Positions 8,306 through 15,948 of a stretch of 24,417 nt of DNA are shown here, in pieces. The translations under genes and the position numbers were made by a program. Under the pieces are notes generated by a model. It had not been told where the DNA came from. It saw only the letters and a program-made list of their open reading frames with translations, and did not search any database. Positions within the stretch are counted from its first letter, which is position 1; the number at the start of each line of letters is the position of its first letter. Source of the DNA: Alphaproteobacteria bacterium (lineage in GTDB: Bacteria; Pseudomonadota; Alphaproteobacteria; JAAXGF01); NCBI GenBank assembly GCA_036447835.1, contig JAZFVR010000209.1, positions 1 through 24,417 on the forward strand, read 5' to 3'.

Positions 8306-8920
8306 TCACTTGGCGCTGGCGGTCAGATCGGGGACCGGGCGACGGCGGGCGAGCTCGACGGTGACGGCCTTGGCCTTGGCCGAGTCCATCTTGGCCAAAA
8401 CCGGTGCCGCCTTGGCCTCGCGCATGCGCTCGACCACCTCGAGCAGCACGTTCATTTCGAGCTGGTCGAAGATGCGGGCGGCGTCCTTGGGTTTCATCTG
8501 CTCGAAAATCTTGACTAAGCTTTTGATTTTACTTTCTTCTTCCTCGTCGAACTGCTTGAACAGCGCCTCCATGATCGCCTGCATCTTCTTGAGCTCGTCG
8601 ATCTTGCCGTCGATCCGCTGCTCGGCGGCGGCGAGCAGCTTTTCGCGCATGTCGATCTCTGTCGCGCGCAGCTCGAGCTCGTTGCGCCGCTCGGAAAGGT
8701 TTTCGAGCAGCTCGACTTCGGCCGGGCTGATATTGGTGACGTCGATCTCCTCGACTTCGGCTGCGTCGCCGGCACCGCCCTTCGGCGCGCCTTCGGCACC
8801 ATGAGCCGTGACGCTACCGAGAAGGGCGTCCGCGCCGTGCCAGACGTGGCCGACCTTGACCGTGAGCAGCAATAGCGCCGCAACGATGGTAACCGGCAGC
8901 AGCTTGACCCGCTTCAACAC
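8306..8920 (-). CDS. motE: MotE-family flagellar motility protein
   Basis: N-terminal TM, coiled coil, and KSLVKIFEQMKPKDAARIFDQL...MREAKAAPVLAKM. Confidence 0.75.
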   Translation of the reverse strand: MLKRVKLLPVTIVAALLLLTVKVGHVWHGADALLGSVTAHGAEGAPKGGAGDAAEVEEIDVTNISPAEVELLENLSERRNELELRATEIDMREKLLAAAEQRIDGKIDELKKMQAIMEALFKQFDEEEESKIKSLVKIFEQMKPKDAARIFDQLEMNVLLEVVERMREAKAAPVLAKMDSAKAKAVTVELARRRPVPDLTASAK

Positions 8921-8923
8921 CGC

Positions 8924-9403
8924 TTAAGCTCCACCTGCTCCGCGTATCGCATCGCGCAGGTCGCGCTCGACGACGGAAACCGCCCCCTCTTCCCAATCGG
9001 GGTCGGCCCGCGCCGCGGCGTTGTCGTCCCTCCCGCCAGGCGCGACCGTCGCGCCCAGCCTCGACGCTTTCGGGATGGCGTCATCCCGCGTATGCGACGC
9101 ACCTTCGAGGCGGTCGGCGAGGCGCGAGCCCCGTTCGACCAGGAACACCAGATCGTCGCAAAGCGCGCGCGCGGTCTCCACCCGGCTGTCGAGGGTGGCG
9201 CCTTTCTCCTCGCCGACCTCGCGCAGCTCAGAGATGCTGGCCTGGGCACGCTCGGTCGCCGCGTTGAAGCTTTCGATCAGCTTGATGAACTCGCCCTGGT
9301 TGCCGCGCAATTCGCCGAGGCGGCGGTTGAGGATCACGCAATAGACGATCGTCGCCACGAGGAGCAGGGCGATAACGCTGTCGAGGGCGAGCGCGACGGT
9401 CAT
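8924..9403 (-). CDS. Membrane-anchored coiled-coil protein (DUF6468/PflI-like), 159 aa
   Basis: The tail of track ORF 8924..10540 read from ATG 9403: MTVALALDSVIALLLVATIVYCVILNRRLGELR. ATGA-coupled to the fliM stop; Caulobacter pflI follows fliM. Confidence 0.7.
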   Translation of the reverse strand: MTVALALDSVIALLLVATIVYCVILNRRLGELRGNQGEFIKLIESFNAATERAQASISELREVGEEKGATLDSRVETARALCDDLVFLVERGSRLADRLEGASHTRDDAIPKASRLGATVAPGGRDDNAAARADPDWEEGAVSVVERDLRDAIRGAGGA

Positions 9404-10608
9404 TTTACCGCACCCGCGCTCCAGTGCGTCCTGTCGACCCGGATGGCCACGTTGGCGGCCGTACGGCCCATGCGCCCGCTGACCATTGGGACGCCGCCGC
9501 AGCGCAGAACCACGAGCGAATTGGGCTGGGCGCCGAGCATGAAGGTATCGCCGATCTTCAGGTTGGCGACGTCGCGCAGGGCCATCACCTGCTCGTCGAG
9601 CACGGCCTCGATCACCACGGTGGTGTTCCACAGCTCGGTCGCGAGGTGGTTCTCCCAGATCGAATCGCGGCCGAACTTCTCGCCCCAGAACATCTGCAAC
9701 AGAAGGTCGCGGATGGGCTCGAGCGTCGCGTAAGGCAGCACCACCTCGATGTTGCCGCCGCGATTGTCCATATCGACGCGCATCCGCGCCAGAATCGCGG
9801 CGTTGGCGGGCCGCGCGATGGCGGCGAAACGCGGGTTCGTCTCGAGCCTGTCGAAACGGAAGGTCACCGGCGTCAACGGCTCGAAGGCGGCGGTGAGGTC
9901 GGCGAGCACCACCTGGATCATGCGCTCGACCAGGTTGCGCTCGATGGTGGTATAGGGACGCCCCTCGATGCGGATCGGCGCGGTGCCGTGGCCACCGCCG
10001 AGGAGCACGTCGACGACCGAGTAGATGAGGGCGCTGTCGGTGGTGATGAGCCCGAAGTCGTCCCATTCCTCGGCCTTGAACACGCCGAGCATGGCCGGCA
10101 GCGGGATCGAGTTCAGATAGTCTCCGAAGCGCACCGAGGTCAGCCCGTCGATCGAGACCTCGACGTTGTCGGAGGTGAATTTCCTGAGCGAGGTGGTGAG
10201 AAGCCGCACGGCGCGATCGAACGCCACCTCGAGCATCGGCAGGCGCTCGTACGAGACGAGGGTGCTGTTGAGAATCGCCTGGATGCCCGAGCGACGCCGC
10301 GAGTCTTCGTCCTGGTCGAAGCCGAGCAGGCTGTCGATCTCGGCCTGGTTGAGCACGCGCGCCGGCTGGGTGGTCGCAGCGGCGGCCAGCGACTCGTCGG
10401 CCTCTTCGCCTCCTTCTCCTTCGGCGAGCGCCACCCATTCGTCGGCCAGCTGGTCCTGGTTGGGCGCCGGCGAATCGCCTTGCGCACCGCCGGCGGACGC
10501 AGCGTCGCCATCCGCTTCGGCCCCGGCCATGGATTCCCACTCGGCTGCCAACTTGTCGTCGTCGACAGCGTCATCGTCGGTGGCTTTGATTTTCTCCGGC
10601 TCGCTCAT
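9400..10608 (-). CDS. fliM: Flagellar switch protein FliM
   Basis: LNQAEIDSLLG, YERLPMLEV, RFGDYLNSIPLP and GEKFGRDSIWE motifs; C-terminal SPOA domain. Confidence 0.97.
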   Translation of the reverse strand: MSEPEKIKATDDDAVDDDKLAAEWESMAGAEADGDAASAGGAQGDSPAPNQDQLADEWVALAEGEGGEEADESLAAAATTQPARVLNQAEIDSLLGFDQDEDSRRRSGIQAILNSTLVSYERLPMLEVAFDRAVRLLTTSLRKFTSDNVEVSIDGLTSVRFGDYLNSIPLPAMLGVFKAEEWDDFGLITTDSALIYSVVDVLLGGGHGTAPIRIEGRPYTTIERNLVERMIQVVLADLTAAFEPLTPVTFRFDRLETNPRFAAIARPANAAILARMRVDMDNRGGNIEVVLPYATLEPIRDLLLQMFWGEKFGRDSIWENHLATELWNTTVVIEAVLDEQVMALRDVANLKIGDTFMLGAQPNSLVVLRCGGVPMVSGRMGRTAANVAIRVDRTHWSAGAVK

Positions 10609-10618
10609 GGCCCTTCGT

Positions 10619-11140
10619 CTATTGGATCAGCATTTCCTTGAACAAAACGTCGCGGATCTCGACCGGGTTCGCGGCCGCACTGACGCGGCGCAACAGCTCC
10701 TCCTTCAGCCGGTAGATGCCGGCCGAGCCGTGGAGGTCGTCGGCACGCAGCTCGCGCAGGTAAACGTGGAACTGGTCGATGACCCGCGGCAGCACCCGGT
10801 CGAGCAGCGACAGGTCCTCGCCTTCGTCGAGCTCGAGAGTCAGCTGAATCTTCAGGAACGTCTTCTTCTTGCTGCCGGTTTCGAGGTTCACCACCATCTC
10901 GGGCAAATCGTAATAAACGACCGCGGGCGCCTCTTCGTCGGACCCGACCATATCCCCTAGGAAGCCGAAGACACCGCTGAAATAGGCGCCGGCGCCGCCG
11001 CCGATGAGCAGCAACGCGGCAGCGGCCGCGATGATGATCTGGCGCTTGCTGACCGTTCTTCCCGGGGAACCCGACGACGATTCCTCATCAGGCTCGTCGA
11101 TATCCTCCTCGACGCTTTCGTCGGCGGTCGCCTCGCTCAT
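10619..11140 (-). CDS. fliL: Flagellar basal-body protein FliL
   Basis: TM segment, then YYDLPEMVVNL...LPRVIDQFHVYLRELRADDLHGSAGIYRLKEELLRR. Confidence 0.95.
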   Translation of the reverse strand: MSEATADESVEEDIDEPDEESSSGSPGRTVSKRQIIIAAAAALLLIGGGAGAYFSGVFGFLGDMVGSDEEAPAVVYYDLPEMVVNLETGSKKKTFLKIQLTLELDEGEDLSLLDRVLPRVIDQFHVYLRELRADDLHGSAGIYRLKEELLRRVSAAANPVEIRDVLFKEMLIQ

Positions 11141-11192
11141 TTGCCACCTTTGGAATTCGGCACGCGGCAGCCGTGGGGCCGCATCAACCGGG

Positions 11193-11210
11193 TTGGAAAC
11201 ATTATTGCGA
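11193..11210 (+). promoter_or_regulatory. sigma54-like -24/-12 promoter, divergent from fliL, with no recognisable downstream gene
   Basis: TTGGAAACATTATTGCGA (GG-N10-GC, TTGC at -12); AAGAGG and ATG 11235 follow. Confidence 0.5.
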
Positions 11211-11223
11211 ATCAGGCGTTAAC
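11208..11223 (-). promoter_or_regulatory. Imperfect CtrA site upstream of fliL containing a GANTC site
   Basis: Minus strand GTTAA-cgcctga-TTCG; GAATC at 11209-11213. Confidence 0.45.
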
Positions 11224-11348
11224 AAGAGGTTGCGATGGGCGCCGCGACCCCCGTTTACGGCGCATTCGGGCGGCTTCGCCATGCGCGCGATGCTCGATGG
11301 ACGCGATGCCCGGAGCCGGGCGGGGTCGCGCTCGCGGCCGGCCCAGTC

Positions 11349-11777
11349 TCATGCCTCCTGGCGTGCCCAGACCAGGTTGACGAACGCCTCGGCGTTGTCG
11401 GGATCGCGCGTGACCGCCCGGCGATAGCTCTCCACCGCCTCGTCGGCGCGCCCGAGACGCCGAAGCACGGTCCCGCGGTTGGAAAATTAGGCGGGATTGC
11501 TCCCGTCGATGGCGATCGCCCGGTCGATGAGGTCGAGCGCGTCGTCGTCACGTCCCGTCTGGTGAACGACGACGCCGAGCTGATTGAGGACGTCGGCCTG
11601 CCGCGGCTCCGCCGCCAGCACCTCGCGGTAGAGCGCCTCGGCCTCGGCGAGCGCGCCCGCCTGGTGCAGCCGCACCGCGCTGACCAGCTTCTCGGCGATC
11701 GAAGGGGCCGGGGCGCGGGCCGCCGGCGCCGGCTTGCGCGTCTCTGGTTAGCGGCGGCGCCGCGCTTGATGGTTCAT
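11349..11777 (-). pseudogene. TPR-repeat protein pseudogene with two in-frame stops
   Basis: One frame reads MNHQARRRR*PETRK...AVRLHQAGALAEAEALYREVLAAEP...AIAIDGSNPA*FSNRGTVLRRLGRADEAVESYRRAVTRDPDNAEAFVNLVWARQEA*. The TAAs are at 11748-11750 and 11487-11489. Confidence 0.85.
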
Positions 11778-11922
11778 TGGCGTGATCGCCGTTGCGGCGC
11801 CTGGTTGCCCATTGTTCGCCTGCGATCATCGAGTGCGCATGGTGGGCCGGCGGCGAACGCCCGTGTCGATGCGCCGGCCGCGGCGGCGCCTGCCCGCGCC
11901 GGTCACGGCCCACCCGCAAGGG

Positions 11923-12372
11923 TCAGCCGTCCCGGTAAATTTTCTCGCGCCGCTCGTGGCGTTCCTGGGCGTCGATGCTGAGGGTGGCGATGGGTCGCGC
12001 CTCGAGCCGGCGCAGGCTGATCGGATCGCCGGTTTCCTCGCAGTAGCCGTAGGACCCGTCCTCGATGCGCATGAGGGCGGCGTCGATCTTGGTGATGAGC
12101 TTGCGTTCGCGGTCGCGGGTTCTCAGCTCGAGTGCGCGGTCGGTCTCGATCGACGCGCGGTCGGCGAAGTCGGGCTCCTGCGACGTCTCCTCCTGGAGGT
12201 GCTGGAGCGTCTGGGTCGATTCATCGAGCAGCTCAGACCGCCACTGCAGGAGCTTGCGCTGGAAGTACTCGACCTGCACCGAGTTCATGAACGGCTCGTC
12301 GTTCGACGGCCGGTACTCGGGCGACAGGATCATCGATTTCTTGGCGTTCTGACGAGAAGCCAACTCACTCAT
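11923..12372 (-). CDS. dksA: RNA polymerase-binding factor DksA (single-Cys alphaproteobacterial type)
   Basis: DFADRA coiled-coil tip and YGYCEETGDPISLRRLEARPIATLSIDAQERHER. Exact start codon uncertain. Confidence 0.95.
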   Translation of the reverse strand: MSELASRQNAKKSMILSPEYRPSNDEPFMNSVQVEYFQRKLLQWRSELLDESTQTLQHLQEETSQEPDFADRASIETDRALELRTRDRERKLITKIDAALMRIEDGSYGYCEETGDPISLRRLEARPIATLSIDAQERHERREKIYRDG

Positions 12373-12401
12373 CTCCGCTCGGGCCAGACAAAAGAGGCTG
12401 G

Positions 12402-12430
12402 ACTATATGAATCTGGTCGTCGCTGTGCAA
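12402..12430 (-). promoter_or_regulatory. sigma70-type promoter of dksA
   Basis: TTGCAC-N17-TATAGT on the minus strand, GANTC in the spacer, GC-rich sequence after the -10. Confidence 0.7.
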
Positions 12431-12478
12431 GCCAATCCGCACGGCCGGGGAGAAGACCGCCGGCAACGCCCCGGGGAG

Positions 12479-12898
12479 TCATTTTATTATGCCCAGCTTG
12501 GCGAGCTCGACGGCGGCCCTGAGGTCGATCTCCTCGAGGATCGCGGCGAGGCGTTCGTCGGTCACGGTTTCCCGTCTCGCCTGCACCTGTTCGCGCAGCC
12601 CGACGAGGCGTTCGCGGGGTATCGAGCCCATCAGCAATCCGTGTCGGATCTCATCGAGGCGATCGAGGATGTTGTGGCCGCGAGCGACGCTGCGCGAGCG
12701 GCCGCCGGTCTCTTCGGATACCTCCTGCACGGCGAGAATGCCCTCGATCGCACCCACGGCCGTCCCGGGAATCACCGCCGACGCCGCGTTGGGCTCGTCC
12801 CCGACCTCGGCCGCAAATTCGGTTTCCTTGGCGCTGCGCACGCCCTTGCTTCGACGCGCCGGCGTCGGGCTAATCGGAGCGGGGCCGGAGATCTTCAT
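12479..12898 (-). CDS. fliX: Flagellar assembly regulator FliX (139 aa)
   Basis: From ATG 12898: MKISGP...ILAVQEV...RGHNILDRLDEIRHGLLMG...EEIDLRAAVELAKL; divergent from flgI. Confidence 0.9.
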   Translation of the reverse strand: MKISGPAPISPTPARRSKGVRSAKETEFAAEVGDEPNAASAVIPGTAVGAIEGILAVQEVSEETGGRSRSVARGHNILDRLDEIRHGLLMGSIPRERLVGLREQVQARRETVTDERLAAILEEIDLRAAVELAKLGIIK

Positions 12899-12969
12899 GG
12901 CAATGGAACATCGGGCAATTGCGGCGGAAATCGCCTGAATGCGCGCTCCTGAACCATCGCCGAAGTCGG

Positions 12970-12984
12970 TTAATATCGTCTTAA
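12970..12984. promoter_or_regulatory. CtrA box upstream of fliX
   Basis: TTAA-tatcgtc-TTAA. Confidence 0.85.
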
Positions 12985-13010
12985 GCACGACCCGGCACCA
13001 GTCGCGCGCT

Positions 13011-13025
13011 GGGCAACTTTTGCCC
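13011..13025. promoter_or_regulatory. ftr-like (FlbD-binding) dyad
   Basis: GGGCAA-ctt-TTGCCC, about 110 bp upstream of the flgI sigma54-like site. Confidence 0.55.
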
Positions 13026-13131
13026 GATTCGGGGTAGGCATTGCCGGCAAATTCGGGCGTCGGCCCGCCTCCCGCGACCCGGTCCTCGTGAACAAATAAC
13101 GTCAAATCAGCGTTTGATCCTAAGCAACCGG

Positions 13132-13148
13132 TTGGCACGCGGCGCGCA
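13132..13148 (+). promoter_or_regulatory. sigma54-like promoter of flgI
   Basis: TTGGCACgcggcGCGCA: perfect -24, GG-N10-GC spacing, degenerate -12. Confidence 0.55.
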
Positions 13149-13191
13149 TTGGCGAGAGCGGACCCGTGGAGTGATTCTGCCGGGGACGATC

Positions 13192-13526
13192 ATGGATCGT
13201 ATGCTGCTTTCGAGTGCCGCCCTGAAACGTCGAGGCCCGCGCCGCCGGCGGTGGCTCGCCGCAGGCCTTGGCGCCGCGCTCGTGCTGATGCTCGCCGCAG
13301 GCACGGCGAGCGCCATGTCGCGGATCGAGGACATTGCCGCCTTCGAGGGCGTGCGCGACAACCGGCTCGTCGGCTACGGTCTCGTCGTCGGCCTCAACGG
13401 CACCGCGACACGCTCAACAACGCGCCGTTCACGCAGCAGAGCCTGATCGGCATGCTCGAACGCCTCGGCATCAACACCCGAGGCGTCACCCTGAGTACCG
13501 CGAACATCGCCGCGGTGATGGTCACC
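13192..13526 (+). pseudogene. flgI: 5' fragment of P-ring gene flgI with a 1-nt deletion frameshift
   Basis: Signal peptide + SRIEDIAAFEGVRDNRLVGYGLVVGLNGT, a missing base at about 13405, then DTLNNAPFTQQSLIGMLERLGINTRGVTLSTANIAAVMVT in the shifted frame. Confidence 0.92.
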
Positions 13527-13622
13527 GACATGATCATCACCCAGCGAGCGTTCTCCGCGAGCTCGCGCGTGATCACCACGGTCGACGACATGCTCGAAGA
13601 ACTGATCCGCATCCGGCGGTGA
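13524..13622 (+). pseudogene. flgE: 3' end of hook gene flgE fused to flgI'
   Basis: TDMIITQRAFSASSRVITTVDDMLEELIRIRR* is a hook/rod-type C-terminal D0 helix. flgE lies next to sciP-fliF in Caulobacter. Confidence 0.8.
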
Positions 13623-13642
13623 TAGCCGCCACACACCGTGAC

Positions 13643-13678
13643 CCGGCCCGGCGTTCAGCGCCGGGCCGGAATTTTCTT
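13643..13678 (+). terminator. Rho-independent terminator after the flgE remnant
   Basis: CCGGCCCGGCG-ttcag-CGCCGGGCCGG followed by AATTTTCTT. Confidence 0.85.
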
Positions 13679-13690
13679 CGTTAGCGGCAA

Positions 13691-13740
13691 TTAACCTTTT
13701 TCTTAGAAATGGTTAACCCGTTTCTTTAGCAAAATTTTAA
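13691..13740. promoter_or_regulatory. Clustered CtrA-like half-sites upstream of sciP
   Basis: TTAA-N7-CTTA-N7-TTAA at 13691-13716, TTAACCAT on the minus strand at 13709-13716, TTAG-N7-TTAA at 13726-13740. Confidence 0.65.
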
Positions 13741-13801
13741 GCGGGCGAGCCTACCCTTGCAGTAACTAGGGCATGTGGCTCGAACGTTGGAGTCTATGTT
13801 T

Positions 13802-14095
13802 ATGAACGAAGGTACGCTGTTCAATCGCTCAACGATCGGGGGGCGCCTTGACGTACCGGTCACCCTCGACGACCTGCCGCCGCCCGACACCAAACGTTGG
13901 GTGGTGCGGCGCAAGGCGGCCGTCGTGGCGGCGGTGCGCACGGGTCTGATCACCCTCGAGGAAGCGTGCCGTCGTTACACCCTATCGGTTGAAGAATTCC
14001 TTTCGTGGGAACGCGCCATGGAGAAGCACGGGCTGCGTGGCCTCCGTGTAACGCGCCTTCAGGAATACCGCGCACCATCGCGAGATGTGAGATAG
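13802..14095 (+). CDS. sciP: CtrA inhibitor SciP (DUF1153)
   Basis: LDDLPPPDTKRWVVRRKAAVVAAVRTGLITLEEACRRYTLSVEEFLSW...GLRVTRLQEYR. Start chosen from the GGAG at 13789-13792. Confidence 0.93.
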   Translation: MNEGTLFNRSTIGGRLDVPVTLDDLPPPDTKRWVVRRKAAVVAAVRTGLITLEEACRRYTLSVEEFLSWERAMEKHGLRGLRVTRLQEYRAPSRDVR

Positions 14096-14140
14096 TCGCC
14101 ACCGGCCTCGACGGGCTGTGATCGATCGCCCCTGTTTCCG

Positions 14141-14192
14141 TTAACCATATATCATGCGGTAATTTTTTCCCTCCCGTGAGGCAGATTTTGCC
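14141..14192 (+). promoter_or_regulatory. fliF promoter region: CtrA half-site and ftr-like dyad
   Basis: TTAACCAT at 14141-14148; GGCA-gattt-TGCC at 14180-14192 (same spacing as the dyad at 13012-13024). Confidence 0.55.
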
Positions 14193-14304
14193 GCCTGTTT
14201 ACCGCTCTTTCACCGACCGTTGCTAGCGTCGACCCGGCGCGGTGATCGTCCCTGGGGGCGCACCGCGCGCAGTGTCGGAAGGCCACGATGGGAGGTTGAA
14301 AAAG

Positions 14305-15933
14305 GTGAGCGGGATTACGCGATCATTGCAGGGAATCAATCCGGCGCGCCTCATGCTTCTGGTCGGGATGCTGGCGATCGTCGCCGGACTTCTCTTTTTC
14401 ATCGCGACGCGATTGGTCCAGCCCTCGATGAGCCTGCTCTACGGCGATCTCTACCCCGGCGATTCGAGCAAGATCGTGACCAAGCTCGAAGGCATGGCCG
14501 TGCCCTACGATCTTCGCGCCGGCGGCAGCCAGGTCTTCGTTCCCGGAGATCGGGTGCTGCGCCTGCGGATGTCGATGGCCGAAGAAGGCCTTCCGCGAGG
14601 CGGCTCGATCGGCTACGAGGTGTTCGACCGCTCGGATATCCTGGGCGCCACCCGCTCGATCCAGAACATCAACCTCCTGCGCGCGCTCGAGGGCGAGCTC
14701 GCGCGCACCATCGGCTCACTCTCGCAGATCGCCGGGGCGCGTGTGCACCTGGTCTTGCCCAAGCGCGAGCTGTTCAACCGCTCGCGCGAGGAGCCGAGCG
14801 CCTCGATCGTCATCACCGAGGAGCGCGGAACCCGGCTCAATCAGGCGCAGGTCACGGCGATCCAGCATCTGGTCGCGGCCGCGGTGCCCGGCCTCGAGCC
14901 GGCGCGCGTCTCGATCGTCGACAGCCATGGAACGTTGCGCGCCCGCGGCACCGACGGCGACGACGACGGGGGCCTCGCGCCGCTGGCCGCGCAAGACCAC
15001 CGGGTCGCATTCGAGAGCCGGCTCAAGAAGATGATCGAAGGACTGATCGAGCGCTCGGTCGGCGCCGGCAACGTGCGCGCCGAGGTCAGCGCCGAGATCG
15101 ACTTCGACCGCATCACCACCAGCGCCGAGATCTTCGACCCCGACAGCCAGGTGGCGCGCTCGGTCCAGATCATCGAGGAAGAGTCGAACAGCTCGGAAAA
15201 CGCCCAATCCCAGAACGTCAGCGGCGCCAACAGCTTGCCCGACGCCGGGAGCGGCGAGTCTACCGGCTCGCGCAACGTCAACGCCACGGCGCGCGTGGAA
15301 GAGATCACCAATTTCGAGATTTCCAAGACCATCCGAAGCCACGTGCGCGAGAGCGGCACCGTGAAACGGCTTTCGGTCGCCGTGCTCGTCGACGGCAACT
15401 ACACGACCAACGGTGACGGCGAGAAAGTGTATGAGCCACGCAGCCCGGAGGAGATGAAGCAGTTCGTGGCCCTGGTGCGTTCGGCGATCGGTTTCGACGA
15501 GGCGCGCGGCGACACGATCGAGATCGTCAACCTGCAGTTCGCCGCCGTCGACGCGATCGAGCCCGGCGAAGCGCCGATGTTCGATCTCGCCAAGGGCGAC
15601 TACTTCAAGATGGCCGAGATCGTCGTGCTCTTCGTCGTCGGCATCCTCGTCATTCTTCTCGTCCTGCGGCCGATAGCCACCCAAGTGCTGGCCTCGCCGG
15701 CGCAGTCGTCCGGGTTCGGCGGCGGCGAAGCCCGCGCGGCCCTGCCCGGCACGGCCCAGCCGGCGCAGCTGCCGCCGGGAAGCGAGGGAGAGGAAGGGGA
15801 TGACGGGATGGACATCGACCGTATCGAGGGCCGGGTCAAGCAGTCGACGCTGAAGAAGGTGGGCGAGATCGTCGAGACCCATCCCGAGGAGGCCCTCAGC
15901 ATCGTTCGCAACTGGCTCTACCAGGAAGTGTAG
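14305..15933 (+). CDS. fliF: MS-ring protein FliF
   Basis: GSIGYEVFDR, RALEGELARTI, ARVHLVLPKRELF motifs and C-terminal HPEEALSIVRNWL. GTG 14305 follows GGAGG. Confidence 0.97.
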   Translation: MSGITRSLQGINPARLMLLVGMLAIVAGLLFFIATRLVQPSMSLLYGDLYPGDSSKIVTKLEGMAVPYDLRAGGSQVFVPGDRVLRLRMSMAEEGLPRGGSIGYEVFDRSDILGATRSIQNINLLRALEGELARTIGSLSQIAGARVHLVLPKRELFNRSREEPSASIVITEERGTRLNQAQVTAIQHLVAAAVPGLEPARVSIVDSHGTLRARGTDGDDDGGLAPLAAQDHRVAFESRLKKMIEGLIERSVGAGNVRAEVSAEIDFDRITTSAEIFDPDSQVARSVQIIEEESNSSENAQSQNVSGANSLPDAGSGESTGSRNVNATARVEEITNFEISKTIRSHVRESGTVKRLSVAVLVDGNYTTNGDGEKVYEPRSPEEMKQFVALVRSAIGFDEARGDTIEIVNLQFAAVDAIEPGEAPMFDLAKGDYFKMAEIVVLFVVGILVILLVLRPIATQVLASPAQSSGFGGGEARAALPGTAQPAQLPPGSEGEEGDDGMDIDRIEGRVKQSTLKKVGEIVETHPEEALSIVRNWLYQEV

Positions 15934-15948
15934 CGGGGGCGCGGCGTC

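Noticed and set aside
3184-9853. GAGCCTGTCG matches to the MITE end at 3184-3193 and 9844-9853
   Set aside because: Inside intact coding frames, with no CTAG flank or partner end.
8924-10540. 538-aa ORF as a single gene
   Set aside because: Most of it is an alternative frame of fliM; only the part from ATG 9403 looks like a real protein.
11841-11914. 9-bp inverted repeat GGTGGGCCG/CGGCCCACC downstream of dksA
   Set aside because: Short, GC-rich, widely spaced and without a U-tract; compatible with chance.
11235-11981. 248-aa plus-strand ORF after the orphan sigma54 site as a novel gene
   Set aside because: Mostly antisense to the TPR pseudogene and the dksA end, with no FlgF-like or other recognisable sequence.
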